Of a DNA stretch of 64,000 bases, positions 27,854-35,870 are shown piece by piece. Origin of the DNA: Deltaproteobacteria bacterium 13_1_40CM_4_68_19 (lineage in GTDB: Bacteria > Myxococcota > Myxococcia > Myxococcales > 40CM-4-68-19); contig MNFJ01000105.1 in NCBI GenBank assembly GCA_001918155.1, positions 7,299 through 71,298 of the forward strand. The letters are read 5' to 3'. Under the pieces are notes generated by a model. It searched no databases. It was not told the origin of the DNA and saw nothing but the letters and a program-made list of their open reading frames with translations. The first letter of the stretch is position 1. The number at the start of each line of letters is the position of its first letter. The translations under genes were made by a program, and so were the position numbers.

Positions 27854-29326
27854 GTGCTGCGCGAGCTGCCCGACCTGCGAGAAGACGTGGCCGGGCTCGC
27901 CTCGGCGTTGGCCCGTGAGCGATATCGTCGCGCCGCGGGCCTGCCGGCGCAGGAGACGCTGCGGGACATCCTGCGCGCCCACAAGCTGGCGGTGAGCGCG
28001 GAAGGCCTTGCGCAAGCTCGCGAAGCGCTGGGCAATGCGGAAGGGGAGGACCCGCGCCGCCCCGGGCGGATCGCGCGCCTCGCTTCGCTGCGCGATTTTC
28101 TCGCTCGAGCCCGGGCGCTCGAGCTCGAGCCCGGAGCGGCGCAGGAGCTGTTCGAATTCGACAGGCGCCCGCTCGTGAAGCCGCCGGGCGATGCGGGGCT
28201 TCACGGCGCGATTCCCGCCGTCACCGTGGAGCGCGAGTTGCCCATCGTGCGCTCGCGCGAAAAGCGCGGCGAAATGGAAGAGGCGCTCGCCACCGCGGTC
28301 CGCGCCGTGGACGGGTTGCGCAGCGCGACGTGGGACGCTGCTCGAGCGGCGCAATCCGAGGCTGGCCTGCGTGCTCCGGAAGGCATCGCGCAATGGCCGG
28401 AAGAGATCCTGGATGGCACGGAGGAAATTTTCGACGATCTCGGGGCCTGGCTCCTGGAACGGCACACCGGCGTGAAGGCCGGCGCCGCCGCGCGCCACGA
28501 CGTCCTCCACCTGCTGCACGCGCCGAGATCTGCCAGCGCATTTCCCGCCGGCGAGATGCAGCGCACCGTGCGCCGCTGGGCGGAGATGCTTCGGCTGGTT
28601 CTGTCCGAAATGAAGATCGACGATGAGGATCGGCCTCTGAAACGGCCAGGCGCTCGAGCGGAACCGGTCGATCCGCCTTGGGAGGTGGCGCTCACGTTCC
28701 TTCCCGCCGAGGGTCCGCGCGCGCTCGGCGCGCTGCTCGGCGCGATCGGGACGGCGCTCCTTCGTCTCGGGCCGCCCCCGGACGCGCCGCCCGAGGACCT
28801 CTGGCTCGGCGATCCGGCCGTGCGGCACGCGTGCTGGGAGGTCCTCGAGGGCCTCGTTCGCGACCGCGAATGGCTTCGCCGCTGCGCGAAGACGGAGCTC
28901 TCGCGCGATGACGAGCGGGCGATCGCGATCGCAGCGGTGATCGATTGCCGGGTCGCGGCCGCCCGCACGCTCGCGTCGTTGCAGGCGCGCGAGTCGGGCC
29001 TCGGCTCGCGCGCTGCCGCCGCTCACCGCGATCTCTACGCGCGCGCCACGGGAGCCGAGCTTCCCGCGGGTCTGGCGCTGCGCGATCTCGATCCCTGGTT
29101 CGGGCCGCTGGCCCATCTGCAAGGGCGCGCGCTGGCCGCACGCATCCGCGAGTTCCTCCGCGATCGGCATGACGAGGACTGGTGGCGCAATCCCCGCAGC
29201 ACGACCACGCTGCAAGCCCTCTGGGGACGCGGAGGCCGCCCTACCTGTGCGGAATTGTGGACGGAGCTCGGCGGGGAACCCGCTGTAAATCCGTTGCTCT
29301 TTGAACTCTCCCAGGCGTGCGGGTGA
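27854..29326 (+). CDS. Hypothetical protein (large, Ala/Arg/Leu-rich, helical)
   Basis: 490-aa ORF with consistent high GC3. No catalytic motif recognised. GTG start is uncertain. Confidence 0.5.
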   Translation: MLRELPDLREDVAGLASALARERYRRAAGLPAQETLRDILRAHKLAVSAEGLAQAREALGNAEGEDPRRPGRIARLASLRDFLARARALELEPGAAQELFEFDRRPLVKPPGDAGLHGAIPAVTVERELPIVRSREKRGEMEEALATAVRAVDGLRSATWDAARAAQSEAGLRAPEGIAQWPEEILDGTEEIFDDLGAWLLERHTGVKAGAAARHDVLHLLHAPRSASAFPAGEMQRTVRRWAEMLRLVLSEMKIDDEDRPLKRPGARAEPVDPPWEVALTFLPAEGPRALGALLGAIGTALLRLGPPPDAPPEDLWLGDPAVRHACWEVLEGLVRDREWLRRCAKTELSRDDERAIAIAAVIDCRVAAARTLASLQARESGLGSRAAAAHRDLYARATGAELPAGLALRDLDPWFGPLAHLQGRALAARIREFLRDRHDEDWWRNPRSTTTLQALWGRGGRPTCAELWTELGGEPAVNPLLFELSQACG

Positions 29327-29371
29327 CGCCTCTCGCCCTTACCCTTTGAAGTAGGCGAGAATCGCCGTGCA

Positions 29372-30115
29372 ATGTTGCAGGCGCGCCGGATCCGGCCTCG
29401 GCTGACCGGCGGGCGTCCTGTAGCGTTGGGAGGATCGTTGATCCGCTGGCAGCCCATCTTCCCGGTGCTCGACGAGAGCTGGCCGGTGCGCTACCGGTTC
29501 GAGTCGCTCGGCGCTCTGCAACGCCACCTGCGGCTCGGGGCAGGTTTCTTCCTGCCCGACGAGGCGTTGCCGGGCGGACCTGGAGCGCGCGTGATCGTCG
29601 AGGTCGCGGTGCCGGAGACTTCCGACCGGCCTCTTCTGCACGGCCGGGTGCGCGAGCGCTTGCAGGGCGGCATCTGGCTGGATCTGCCCTCGGCCCGCCC
29701 CGCGGCGCGCTGGGAGCCCGACCCGAACGGACCACGGCGCCAGCACCGGCGCCTCGCCTGCGAGCTGTTCGTCGAAGTGCATCCGCGCGGCGGAGAGCCC
29801 TGGCTCTGCCGCGCCCTGGATCTGAGCGACCGCGGCCTGCGAATCGCCACCGGATTGGAGACCGGCATCCGCGGCGACGAGGTGGCGGCCACGCTGATCT
29901 CCTCCAACGACCACCTGGCACCGGCTGGCCTTCGCGGCCGCGTGGTCTGGTCGGCCTCGCACGAGACTGGCATCGAGGTTCTGAACCCGTCACCGCAGTT
30001 CCAGGAGATGCTGGGGGCGGCTGCCGGGCGGTGGGCGCTCGTCGAGGAGATCGAGCACTCCCGGGATTGCACGTGCCTTCAGGGCGATTCCGCCACCGGC
30101 CAGCGCCATCCATAG
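29372..30115 (+). CDS. PilZ domain-containing protein
   Basis: 247 aa. RRQHRRLACELFVEV...CRALDLSDRGLRI fits the PilZ RxxxR / D.S.GG-like c-di-GMP motifs. An upstream degenerate PilZ-like half is also present. Confidence 0.6.
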   Translation: MLQARRIRPRLTGGRPVALGGSLIRWQPIFPVLDESWPVRYRFESLGALQRHLRLGAGFFLPDEALPGGPGARVIVEVAVPETSDRPLLHGRVRERLQGGIWLDLPSARPAARWEPDPNGPRRQHRRLACELFVEVHPRGGEPWLCRALDLSDRGLRIATGLETGIRGDEVAATLISSNDHLAPAGLRGRVVWSASHETGIEVLNPSPQFQEMLGAAAGRWALVEEIEHSRDCTCLQGDSATGQRHP

Positions 30116-30684
30116 AGCCGGCTGTAGTGCCACCACTCGCTCGGGTTCACGCGGAACCCCGCCGCATTCATAGCGGTCTTCAGCGCCTCGCGATGTTCCT
30201 TCGCGGGTCCATCCGGCAGCGGCGCATCGGCCGCTGCATCCGGACCGAACGCGTCGAACTTCGTCGGCAACTCGACCGGGGCACCGGCCAGATCGGCGAG
30301 TTCGAGATCGACTGCGACGCCGCGTGCGTGCAGGCTACCGCGCGATGGATCGGCCACTGCGCCCGCATGAGGATGCGCTTTCCACAAGACTCGCTGGGAG
30401 TCGGCCGGGCGCGTGCAGTCGCGCGCTACCAGGCGGAGCCCGCGCTTGCGTAGGGCGTCGGCGGCGATGGCGAGCCGCTGCGCGACGCTGCGCCGCAGGA
30501 GGCATTTCGCATCCGGCGGATATAGCGCGCGGCCGGCGATGTTGTCCGCCGTCGCGTATGCGAGATCGACGATCAATCCCGGCACCAGGCTGGTTGCGTC
30601 GACCAGCGGATCCTCGGCATCGATGACTGGTGGGAGGTGCTGCGGCCCGTACGTCTGCGCCGCGATCAGCAGCGCCAAGAACAT
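30079..30684 (-). CDS. ddpX: D-alanyl-D-alanine dipeptidase (VanX/DdpX, M15D)
   Basis: 201 aa. DLAYATADNIAGRALY, SLHARGVAVDL and NPSEWWHY motifs. 3' end overlaps the convergent PilZ gene by about 37 nt. Confidence 0.8.
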   Translation of the reverse strand: MFLALLIAAQTYGPQHLPPVIDAEDPLVDATSLVPGLIVDLAYATADNIAGRALYPPDAKCLLRRSVAQRLAIAADALRKRGLRLVARDCTRPADSQRVLWKAHPHAGAVADPSRGSLHARGVAVDLELADLAGAPVELPTKFDAFGPDAAADAPLPDGPAKEHREALKTAMNAAGFRVNPSEWWHYSRLYGWRWPVAESP

Positions 30685-30687
30685 GCG

Positions 30688-30990
30688 CTATTTCAGCCGG
30701 CGCAAGGCGCGGATGATCTTGTCCTTTTCCTTCGTGCGCACGGCCGCCGGGCCTTTTCCCGAGCGCGCCGCGAGCTTCTGCTTGAGCTCGAGTTCGATCG
30801 CCAGGAGCTCTGCCTTCGCCTCCGGGTGATTCTGGCCGCGGCGCGGCAAAAGCTCGCCCCGCTCGAGCGAAACGCCCGACCGCATCCGCACCGTCTTCTC
30901 CTCGCGCGCGCTGAGCCGGCGAGCGGCGATGCGCAGCAGCTCGCGGACTTCAGCGCTGGTAATCGTGTTCGAGGAGGCCTTGTCGGTCAT
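30688..30990 (-). CDS. Small hypothetical protein with sigma-region-4-like helix-turn-helix
   Basis: 100 aa from ATG 30990, preceded by GGAGAGG. ..LSAREEKTVRMRSGV.. resembles sigma70 region 4. Basic C-terminus. Confidence 0.45.
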   Translation of the reverse strand: MTDKASSNTITSAEVRELLRIAARRLSAREEKTVRMRSGVSLERGELLPRRGQNHPEAKAELLAIELELKQKLAARSGKGPAAVRTKEKDKIIRALRRLK

Positions 30991-31033
30991 TTCGCGGTTA
31001 CCTCTCCGGGTCGTCGTCGCGGCGTCCATTTGC

Positions 31034-31061
31034 ACCCTACCCCCCCATCTTGGGAGATCAA
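31034..31061 (-). promoter_or_regulatory. Sigma70-like promoter candidate TTGATC-16-TAGGGT upstream of gene 30688..30990
   Basis: On the minus strand: TTGATCtcccaagatgggggggTAGGGT, about 40 nt upstream of ATG 30990. Pattern match only. Confidence 0.25.
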
Positions 31062-31149
31062 TTTTTCTCCGGAATCACGCCTCTAGGCGCGCAGAGGAAC
31101 ACGGGATTCGCGACAGATCAACCTTTTGGCGCAAATGTGCGCACCTATA

Positions 31150-31169
31150 GTGAAAGATCGTGCTTTCAC
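31150..31169. promoter_or_regulatory. Inverted repeat GTGAAAG-N6-CTTTCAC in a 295-bp non-coding region
   Basis: Perfect 7-bp arms. Same GTGA-N12-TCAC architecture as 14254..14273. Confidence 0.3.
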
Positions 31170-31330
31170 ACAGCATTCGCGAGGCTCGCCGATGCGTCTT
31201 TTTTCCAATGCCGGCCGATCCGGATCGCGCCCCAAATAAGCCGGTGTGGAAACGTGGGCGCCCGTTCACGTCCGCATGAATGCGGTGGGGACCTCGGTCC
31301 GCGCAACCCGATTGGAGCGCAGGCCACTCT

Positions 31331-32353
31331 CTAGCGCGGAGCGGGTTCCTCTTCCTCGCTCTCCTCCGGCTCCTCGCCCGCGGGGACTTGCGGACCGGCG
31401 CCCGGACCCTTGCCGAGGAAGCGCAGCGGGTCCTTCACGGCATGCGGCACGCTCGTCTCCGGCTCGAACTGCGGAGCCTTCAGGCCCGGGTCCTTGCCGA
31501 CGTTCGTGGTGACGAGCACGGAATGCAGATGCAGCTCGGCCGCCGGTCCTTGGGCATTCCCGGGAACCTTGAAGTGACCCTGCAGGTCACAAGCGAGCGG
31601 CGCGCCGGTTTCCGCATCGACGACCAGCGTCCCGCGCACCGAGACCGGCTCTTCCTTTTCCCACACCTCGAGCCGGCGCGCGGTATCCGGATCGGTCCGG
31701 TTCTCCGGATACTGCACCGTCGGCAGATCGCTCGTCTCCTTCTCCCCGGCGCGCGCGCCGAAGCCGGTGACGGCGTAGCGCACGACGCGGCGGCCTTCGG
31801 ACTTCGTCTCGCCGGCGTTCCGGAGCTTGAGACCTCGCGCCAGGCGATCGAAGGTCGCGAGCCCCGACATGGCCTGCTCGCGGATGCGCAGCGGATCGGT
31901 GCGGTCGGTGCGGCGCTTGTGGAACGCGCCGTACAGGCTCTTCACGAACGCCTCGCCCTTCACCCAGACCAGCTCGAATCCCTGGTTGTGATCGTTCACC
32001 AGGCGAACCGAGAAGTCATCGCCGGGCGCCTCCAGCAGCGTCGTCTCCTCGGCCAACGAGACCTCGGAGCCGCCGTCCGGCAGCCCGGGTCCGCGGAACC
32101 AGGCGAACTGCACCCGCTGCTGTGCCCGGTGCGGTCCGATGCGCTGGTCGATCTCGCGCCGCGGCATGTGCAGGACGCGCCGCGCCAGCGCGGGATCGTC
32201 GGCGAGTTGACCCGCCTGCAGCGTCTCCTTCGCCTCCGGCAGCTCGCCGACGGGCTGCTCCGGGGAGAAGATGCGCGCGCGCGCGGCCTCGTCCTCGGTG
32301 CGTTTGCAGGAGGCGACGCAGAGCAGGGCGGCGACGAGCACGAGGCGGTACAT
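31331..32353 (-). CDS. Hypothetical lipoprotein
   Basis: 340 aa from ATG 32353. MYRLVLVAALLCVASCKR (lipobox VASC). Acidic C-terminal tail EEPEESEEEEP. Confidence 0.6.
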   Translation of the reverse strand: MYRLVLVAALLCVASCKRTEDEAARARIFSPEQPVGELPEAKETLQAGQLADDPALARRVLHMPRREIDQRIGPHRAQQRVQFAWFRGPGLPDGGSEVSLAEETTLLEAPGDDFSVRLVNDHNQGFELVWVKGEAFVKSLYGAFHKRRTDRTDPLRIREQAMSGLATFDRLARGLKLRNAGETKSEGRRVVRYAVTGFGARAGEKETSDLPTVQYPENRTDPDTARRLEVWEKEEPVSVRGTLVVDAETGAPLACDLQGHFKVPGNAQGPAAELHLHSVLVTTNVGKDPGLKAPQFEPETSVPHAVKDPLRFLGKGPGAGPQVPAGEEPEESEEEEPAPR

Positions 32354-32406
32354 GGGTCGCGGAACCTTAACGGAACACCCTCCGGGCGTCGAAGAACAAA
32401 ACGGGC

Positions 32407-32946
32407 TCATGCCCAGAGCATCCTGGCGATGGTCACGGATGCCGTGAGCCCCGTGAAATCCGCGAGCAGTCCGGCGGCGAGGGCGTGCCGGTAGCGGACG
32501 ATGCCCACGGATCCGCAGTAGACCGAGAGGACGTAGAAGGTCGTCTCCGTAGAGCCCTGCAGCACCGAGCCGAGTCGTCCGGCGTACGAGTCAGGCCCGA
32601 GGCCCGGAGTCGCGAAGATGTTGCCCAGGAGCCCCAAGGCGCCGGAGCCCGACAGGGGCCGTACGAGCGCCATGGGAAGGACTTCCGCCGGCAGCCCGAG
32701 CGGACCGGTGATCGGCGCGAGCACCTTCGCCAGGGCGTCCATCGCGCCGGCGCCGCGGAAGGCGCCCACGGACGCGAGGATCGCCACCAGGAAAGGGATG
32801 ATGCGAACGGCCACGTTGAAGCCTTCCTTCGCGCCCTCTACGAACGCCTCGTAGACCTTGACGCCCTTCACCCAGCCGTAGAGTGGGATGCCGACCAGCA
32901 AGACGATCAGGATCCAGCTCGAGGCGATCTCGAACGCGTGCCTCAC
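32407..32946 (-). CDS. spmB: Spore maturation protein B-like nucleoside-recognition (Gate) membrane protein
   Basis: ..SSWILIVLLVGIPLYG..VRPLSGSGALGLL..STETTFYVLSVY... GTG 32946 overlaps the spmA stop (GTGA); GTG 32952 is an alternative start. Confidence 0.75.
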   Translation of the reverse strand: MRHAFEIASSWILIVLLVGIPLYGWVKGVKVYEAFVEGAKEGFNVAVRIIPFLVAILASVGAFRGAGAMDALAKVLAPITGPLGLPAEVLPMALVRPLSGSGALGLLGNIFATPGLGPDSYAGRLGSVLQGSTETTFYVLSVYCGSVGIVRYRHALAAGLLADFTGLTASVTIARMLWA

Positions 32947-33527
32947 TTCCACACCCGCTCGAGCAGCTTGGCGGCGAGGATCGCCACCGTCAACGCGCAC
33001 ACGGTGGCGATCAGCGTGGGCAGCAGGATCCCGGCTGGGTCGCTCGATTGCGCGGAGGCGCGCAGCGCGATCACGGTGGTCGGGACGAGCTGCAGCGAAG
33101 CGGTGTTGATGGCGAGGAACAATACCTGCGCGTTGGTGGCGGTGCCCGGCGTCGGATTGAGCTTCTCCAGCTCTTCCATCGCCTTGATCCCGAACGGAGT
33201 GGCGGCATTTCCCAGCCCCATCATGTTTGCCGCGATGTTCAGCAGCATCGCCGAGATCGCCGGATGTCCGTCGGGGATCGCGGGAAAGAGCGGCCGGAAC
33301 ACGGGGCGGGCGGCGCGCGCGAGCTTCTCCACCAGGCCGGCCTTCTCCGCGATGCGCATCAGGCCCAGCCACAGCGCCATCACGCCGATCAGGCCGATCG
33401 CCAGCGTCACGCCTTGCGATGCGCCTTCGAACGCGCCCTGGCCGACGGCCTTCACGTCGCCGCGGACCGCGCCCACGATTGCGGCGCCGACCAGCAGCAG
33501 CACGAAGACGAGGTTCATGCCCCGCAT
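32943..33527 (-). CDS. spmA: Spore maturation protein A-like nucleoside-recognition membrane protein
   Basis: 194 aa. ..LWLGLMRIAEKAGL..MLLNIAANMMGLGNAATPFGIKAM... Adjacent to and coupled with spmB. Confidence 0.75.
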   Translation of the reverse strand: MRGMNLVFVLLLVGAAIVGAVRGDVKAVGQGAFEGASQGVTLAIGLIGVMALWLGLMRIAEKAGLVEKLARAARPVFRPLFPAIPDGHPAISAMLLNIAANMMGLGNAATPFGIKAMEELEKLNPTPGTATNAQVLFLAINTASLQLVPTTVIALRASAQSSDPAGILLPTLIATVCALTVAILAAKLLERVWK

Positions 33528-33630
33528 TCAACGCGCGCAGGCGCCGTTTGCAAGGTTTCCTCTCCTTGACCCCACTGCGCAGCGCGTGCTACTCGCGCGC
33601 GTCGCTTTGCGCTTTCCGGGAGTGGATCGG

Positions 33631-35652
33631 ATGCTTCGCTCGCTCTGTCTCGCCGCCGCTCTCAGCCTCTCCGCGACCGACGCTCTCGCCCAGACTGCCC
33701 CCGCCCGCAAGACTCCGGCGAAACCGAAGCGCCCGCCGCAGGCTCCGTCCGGACAGGCACAGGAGCCGTCCACCTCCACGAAGACCGGCGAGCAGGGCAC
33801 CACGGCGGCTCCCGCGCAATCCGATTCCGCGGCCGCCGGCGCGGGCACGACCTCCGCTCCGGCGCCGGCCGCCGCGGGAGCGAGCACCGGGCAGGCTCCG
33901 CGCGCATTCGATCAAGAGGAGTTCCGCCGCCAGGTGATGGAGGAAGTCCGCCGCGAGCTGCAGAAGACGAAGGACGAGGTGAAGCAGGAGACCGCCTGGG
34001 TCGAGCAGGACTCACAGGCGCGGGTGCAGGACAGCGAGGCGGTGGAATCGCTCAAGCAGCGCGTCAACTTGTTCCAGCCGCACGGGTACCTGCGCATGCG
34101 CGGTGAGTTCTTCAACAACATGCGGCTGGGGCGCGGCGCCGATCCCGCGGGCAACTTTCTCTTTCCGGGTCCGTTCATCGGCACCGGCGGCAACAACAGC
34201 CAGTCGGACGCGAACTTCCGGTTTCGCTTCGAGCCCACTCTGGCGGTGAGCGAGGACCTCTCGATCTACTTCCAGGCGGACATCCTCGACAACGTCCTGC
34301 TCGGCAGCAGTCCGGCGACGGATGCCTATCTCGACCCGTTCACGCCGCTCTCCGTGCTGGCGGCGCGGCGCGGCTCCGGCACCGTCAACGTGAAGCGCGT
34401 CTGGGGCCGGGTGAACACCCAGCTCGGCGAGCTGGTCTTCGGGCGTATGGGCTACCACTGGGGCCTGGGCATCCTGCACAACGACGGCAACTGCCTCGAT
34501 TGCGACTATGGCGACACGTACGATCGGATCGCCTTTGCGCCGCGTGAGTTCAAGGGGCACCACCTCTCGGTGATGTTCGACATCCTGGACAAAGGCGCCA
34601 GCACCACCGGAGAGAAAGGGGAGCTCGGGCGCAGCGTAGACCTCGACACCCTGGACGACGGCTACCGGCTGGCGTTGGAGGTCACCCGCGTCGACACGGC
34701 CGAGGAGATCAAGCGCAAGCTGGAAGCGAACCAGTGGGTGTTCAACTACGGCGTCGTGGTCGACTACCGCACGCAGCCCTGGGACACGCCGGTGAGCGCC
34801 ACCGACTCGACCGGGACGTTGCGATCGCACGTCGTCCGGCGGGGCGCCAAGATCTACCAGCCGGACGCGTTCCTCTCGCTCAAGCGCAGCAAGTGGCGGC
34901 TCGACACGGAGATCGCCTTCAACCTCGGCAGCGTCGGTACGCACCAGCAGACCGACTTCGACATCGGCAGCGTCACGCCGGACGTCGCTGCGGAGCTGAC
35001 CCGCGGGGTCACCTTCTTCCAGGTGGGCGGCGCCCTGCAGACGGACATCGCGCTGCTCTCCGCCGACGCGCTGCTCTTCGGCCTCGAGTTCGGGGCCGCG
35101 TCCGGCGACAAGGGCGCGTACGGGTTTGGCGCCCGGCCTTGGCGCAACGGGTCTGGCGCTGCCCAGCCGGCGGCCTCCGGGAAGCCGACGCAGGCGGCCG
35201 GCATCGGCGACATCGACGGCAGCCATCTCGACTTCTCCACGGCGACCGGCGGCCATGCGCGCATCAACAACTTCATCTTCAACCGGGCGTTCAACGTCGA
35301 CATGATCCTGTTCCGGAACCTGGTCACGTCGGTGACCAGCGCCTGGTACCTGAAGCCGTCGATGCGCTACCGCCCGACCGGCCGCAAGACGGGCGGCGGG
35401 GACGACACGGGCTTCGAGCTGATCCTCTCGGGGATGTATTCGCAGGCCTGGTATCCGGAGAACACGCCCGGGCTGGCGCGGCCGCTCGGGCTCGAGTTCA
35501 ACGTCGGCATCACGTACGACACCTCCGACAAGTTCCACGCCGGACTGGCCTACGGCCTGCTCGTGCCCTTCGACGGCCTCCGGAACGTAGCCACGGGCCA
35601 GGGCACATCCATCGCGCACGCGGTGCGCTTGCTCCTGGCGATCCCGTTCTAG
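33631..35652 (+). CDS. Large outer-membrane beta-barrel protein (myxobacterial TIGR04551-like family, from memory)
   Basis: 673 aa from ATG 33631. Signal peptide MLRSLCLAAALSLSATDALAQ, a Pro/Ala/Thr-rich linker, a coiled segment, alternating beta-strand pattern, and a terminal ..LLLAIPF (C-terminal Phe). Confidence 0.7.
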   Translation: MLRSLCLAAALSLSATDALAQTAPARKTPAKPKRPPQAPSGQAQEPSTSTKTGEQGTTAAPAQSDSAAAGAGTTSAPAPAAAGASTGQAPRAFDQEEFRRQVMEEVRRELQKTKDEVKQETAWVEQDSQARVQDSEAVESLKQRVNLFQPHGYLRMRGEFFNNMRLGRGADPAGNFLFPGPFIGTGGNNSQSDANFRFRFEPTLAVSEDLSIYFQADILDNVLLGSSPATDAYLDPFTPLSVLAARRGSGTVNVKRVWGRVNTQLGELVFGRMGYHWGLGILHNDGNCLDCDYGDTYDRIAFAPREFKGHHLSVMFDILDKGASTTGEKGELGRSVDLDTLDDGYRLALEVTRVDTAEEIKRKLEANQWVFNYGVVVDYRTQPWDTPVSATDSTGTLRSHVVRRGAKIYQPDAFLSLKRSKWRLDTEIAFNLGSVGTHQQTDFDIGSVTPDVAAELTRGVTFFQVGGALQTDIALLSADALLFGLEFGAASGDKGAYGFGARPWRNGSGAAQPAASGKPTQAAGIGDIDGSHLDFSTATGGHARINNFIFNRAFNVDMILFRNLVTSVTSAWYLKPSMRYRPTGRKTGGGDDTGFELILSGMYSQAWYPENTPGLARPLGLEFNVGITYDTSDKFHAGLAYGLLVPFDGLRNVATGQGTSIAHAVRLLLAIPF

Positions 35653-35731
35653 CCGCTCCCGCGCCGAAGGCCGGTCAGCGGCTACTCTTGAGCGCAAACA
35701 CTCGCAGGCAGGTCATGAAAATGTGTTCTAG
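35650..35731. repeat. REP-like hairpin repeat (most complete copy) + AT-rich motif TCATGAAAATGTGTTCTAG
   Basis: Shares the 21-mer with 10500 and the 19-mer with 944. The motif at 35713..35731 recurs inverted at 52366..52383. Lies between the OMP stop and the lipoprotein-lysA operon. Confidence 0.7.
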
Positions 35732-35735
35732 TCCG

Positions 35736-35870
35736 ATGAGGCGCCTGGTTCGCGCGCTCATCGTCCTCGCCACTTCCACGCTGGTCGTCTGCGGGGTCAG
35801 AGGACCGCCCCGACCACCCACGCCCGAAATCGCGCCGGACGCTGGAACGGAGGATGGGGGCGCCCGGTGA
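35736..35870 (+). CDS. Small lipoprotein translationally coupled to lysA (LppL/LptM-position analogue)
   Basis: MRRLVRALIVLATSTLVVCGVRGPPRPPTPEIAPDAGTEDGGAR, with lipobox LVVC. TGA overlaps the lysA GTG (GTGA). Alternative ATGs at 35715 and 35721. Confidence 0.5.
   Translation: MRRLVRALIVLATSTLVVCGVRGPPRPPTPEIAPDAGTEDGGAR

Noticed and set aside
27417-27995. Full-length reading of the SOD-like ORF (192 aa)
   Set aside because: After ..GVGWAGL the sequence (RGAADQVNSSSCCASCPTCEKTW..) has no SOD similarity and overlaps the next gene. It is treated as a truncated gene rather than an intact 192-aa protein.
31050-31334. 94-aa ORF (and the 64-aa antisense ORF 31075..31269) in the non-coding island
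   Set aside because: No start context, low third-position GC unlike every convincing gene here, and no recognisable motif. The region was treated as non-coding.
32485-35652. 1055-aa ORF on the plus strand
   Set aside because: The real gene starts at ATG 33631, where there is a clear signal peptide. The upstream 380 aa are the antisense shadow of spmA/spmB and have no protein-like features.
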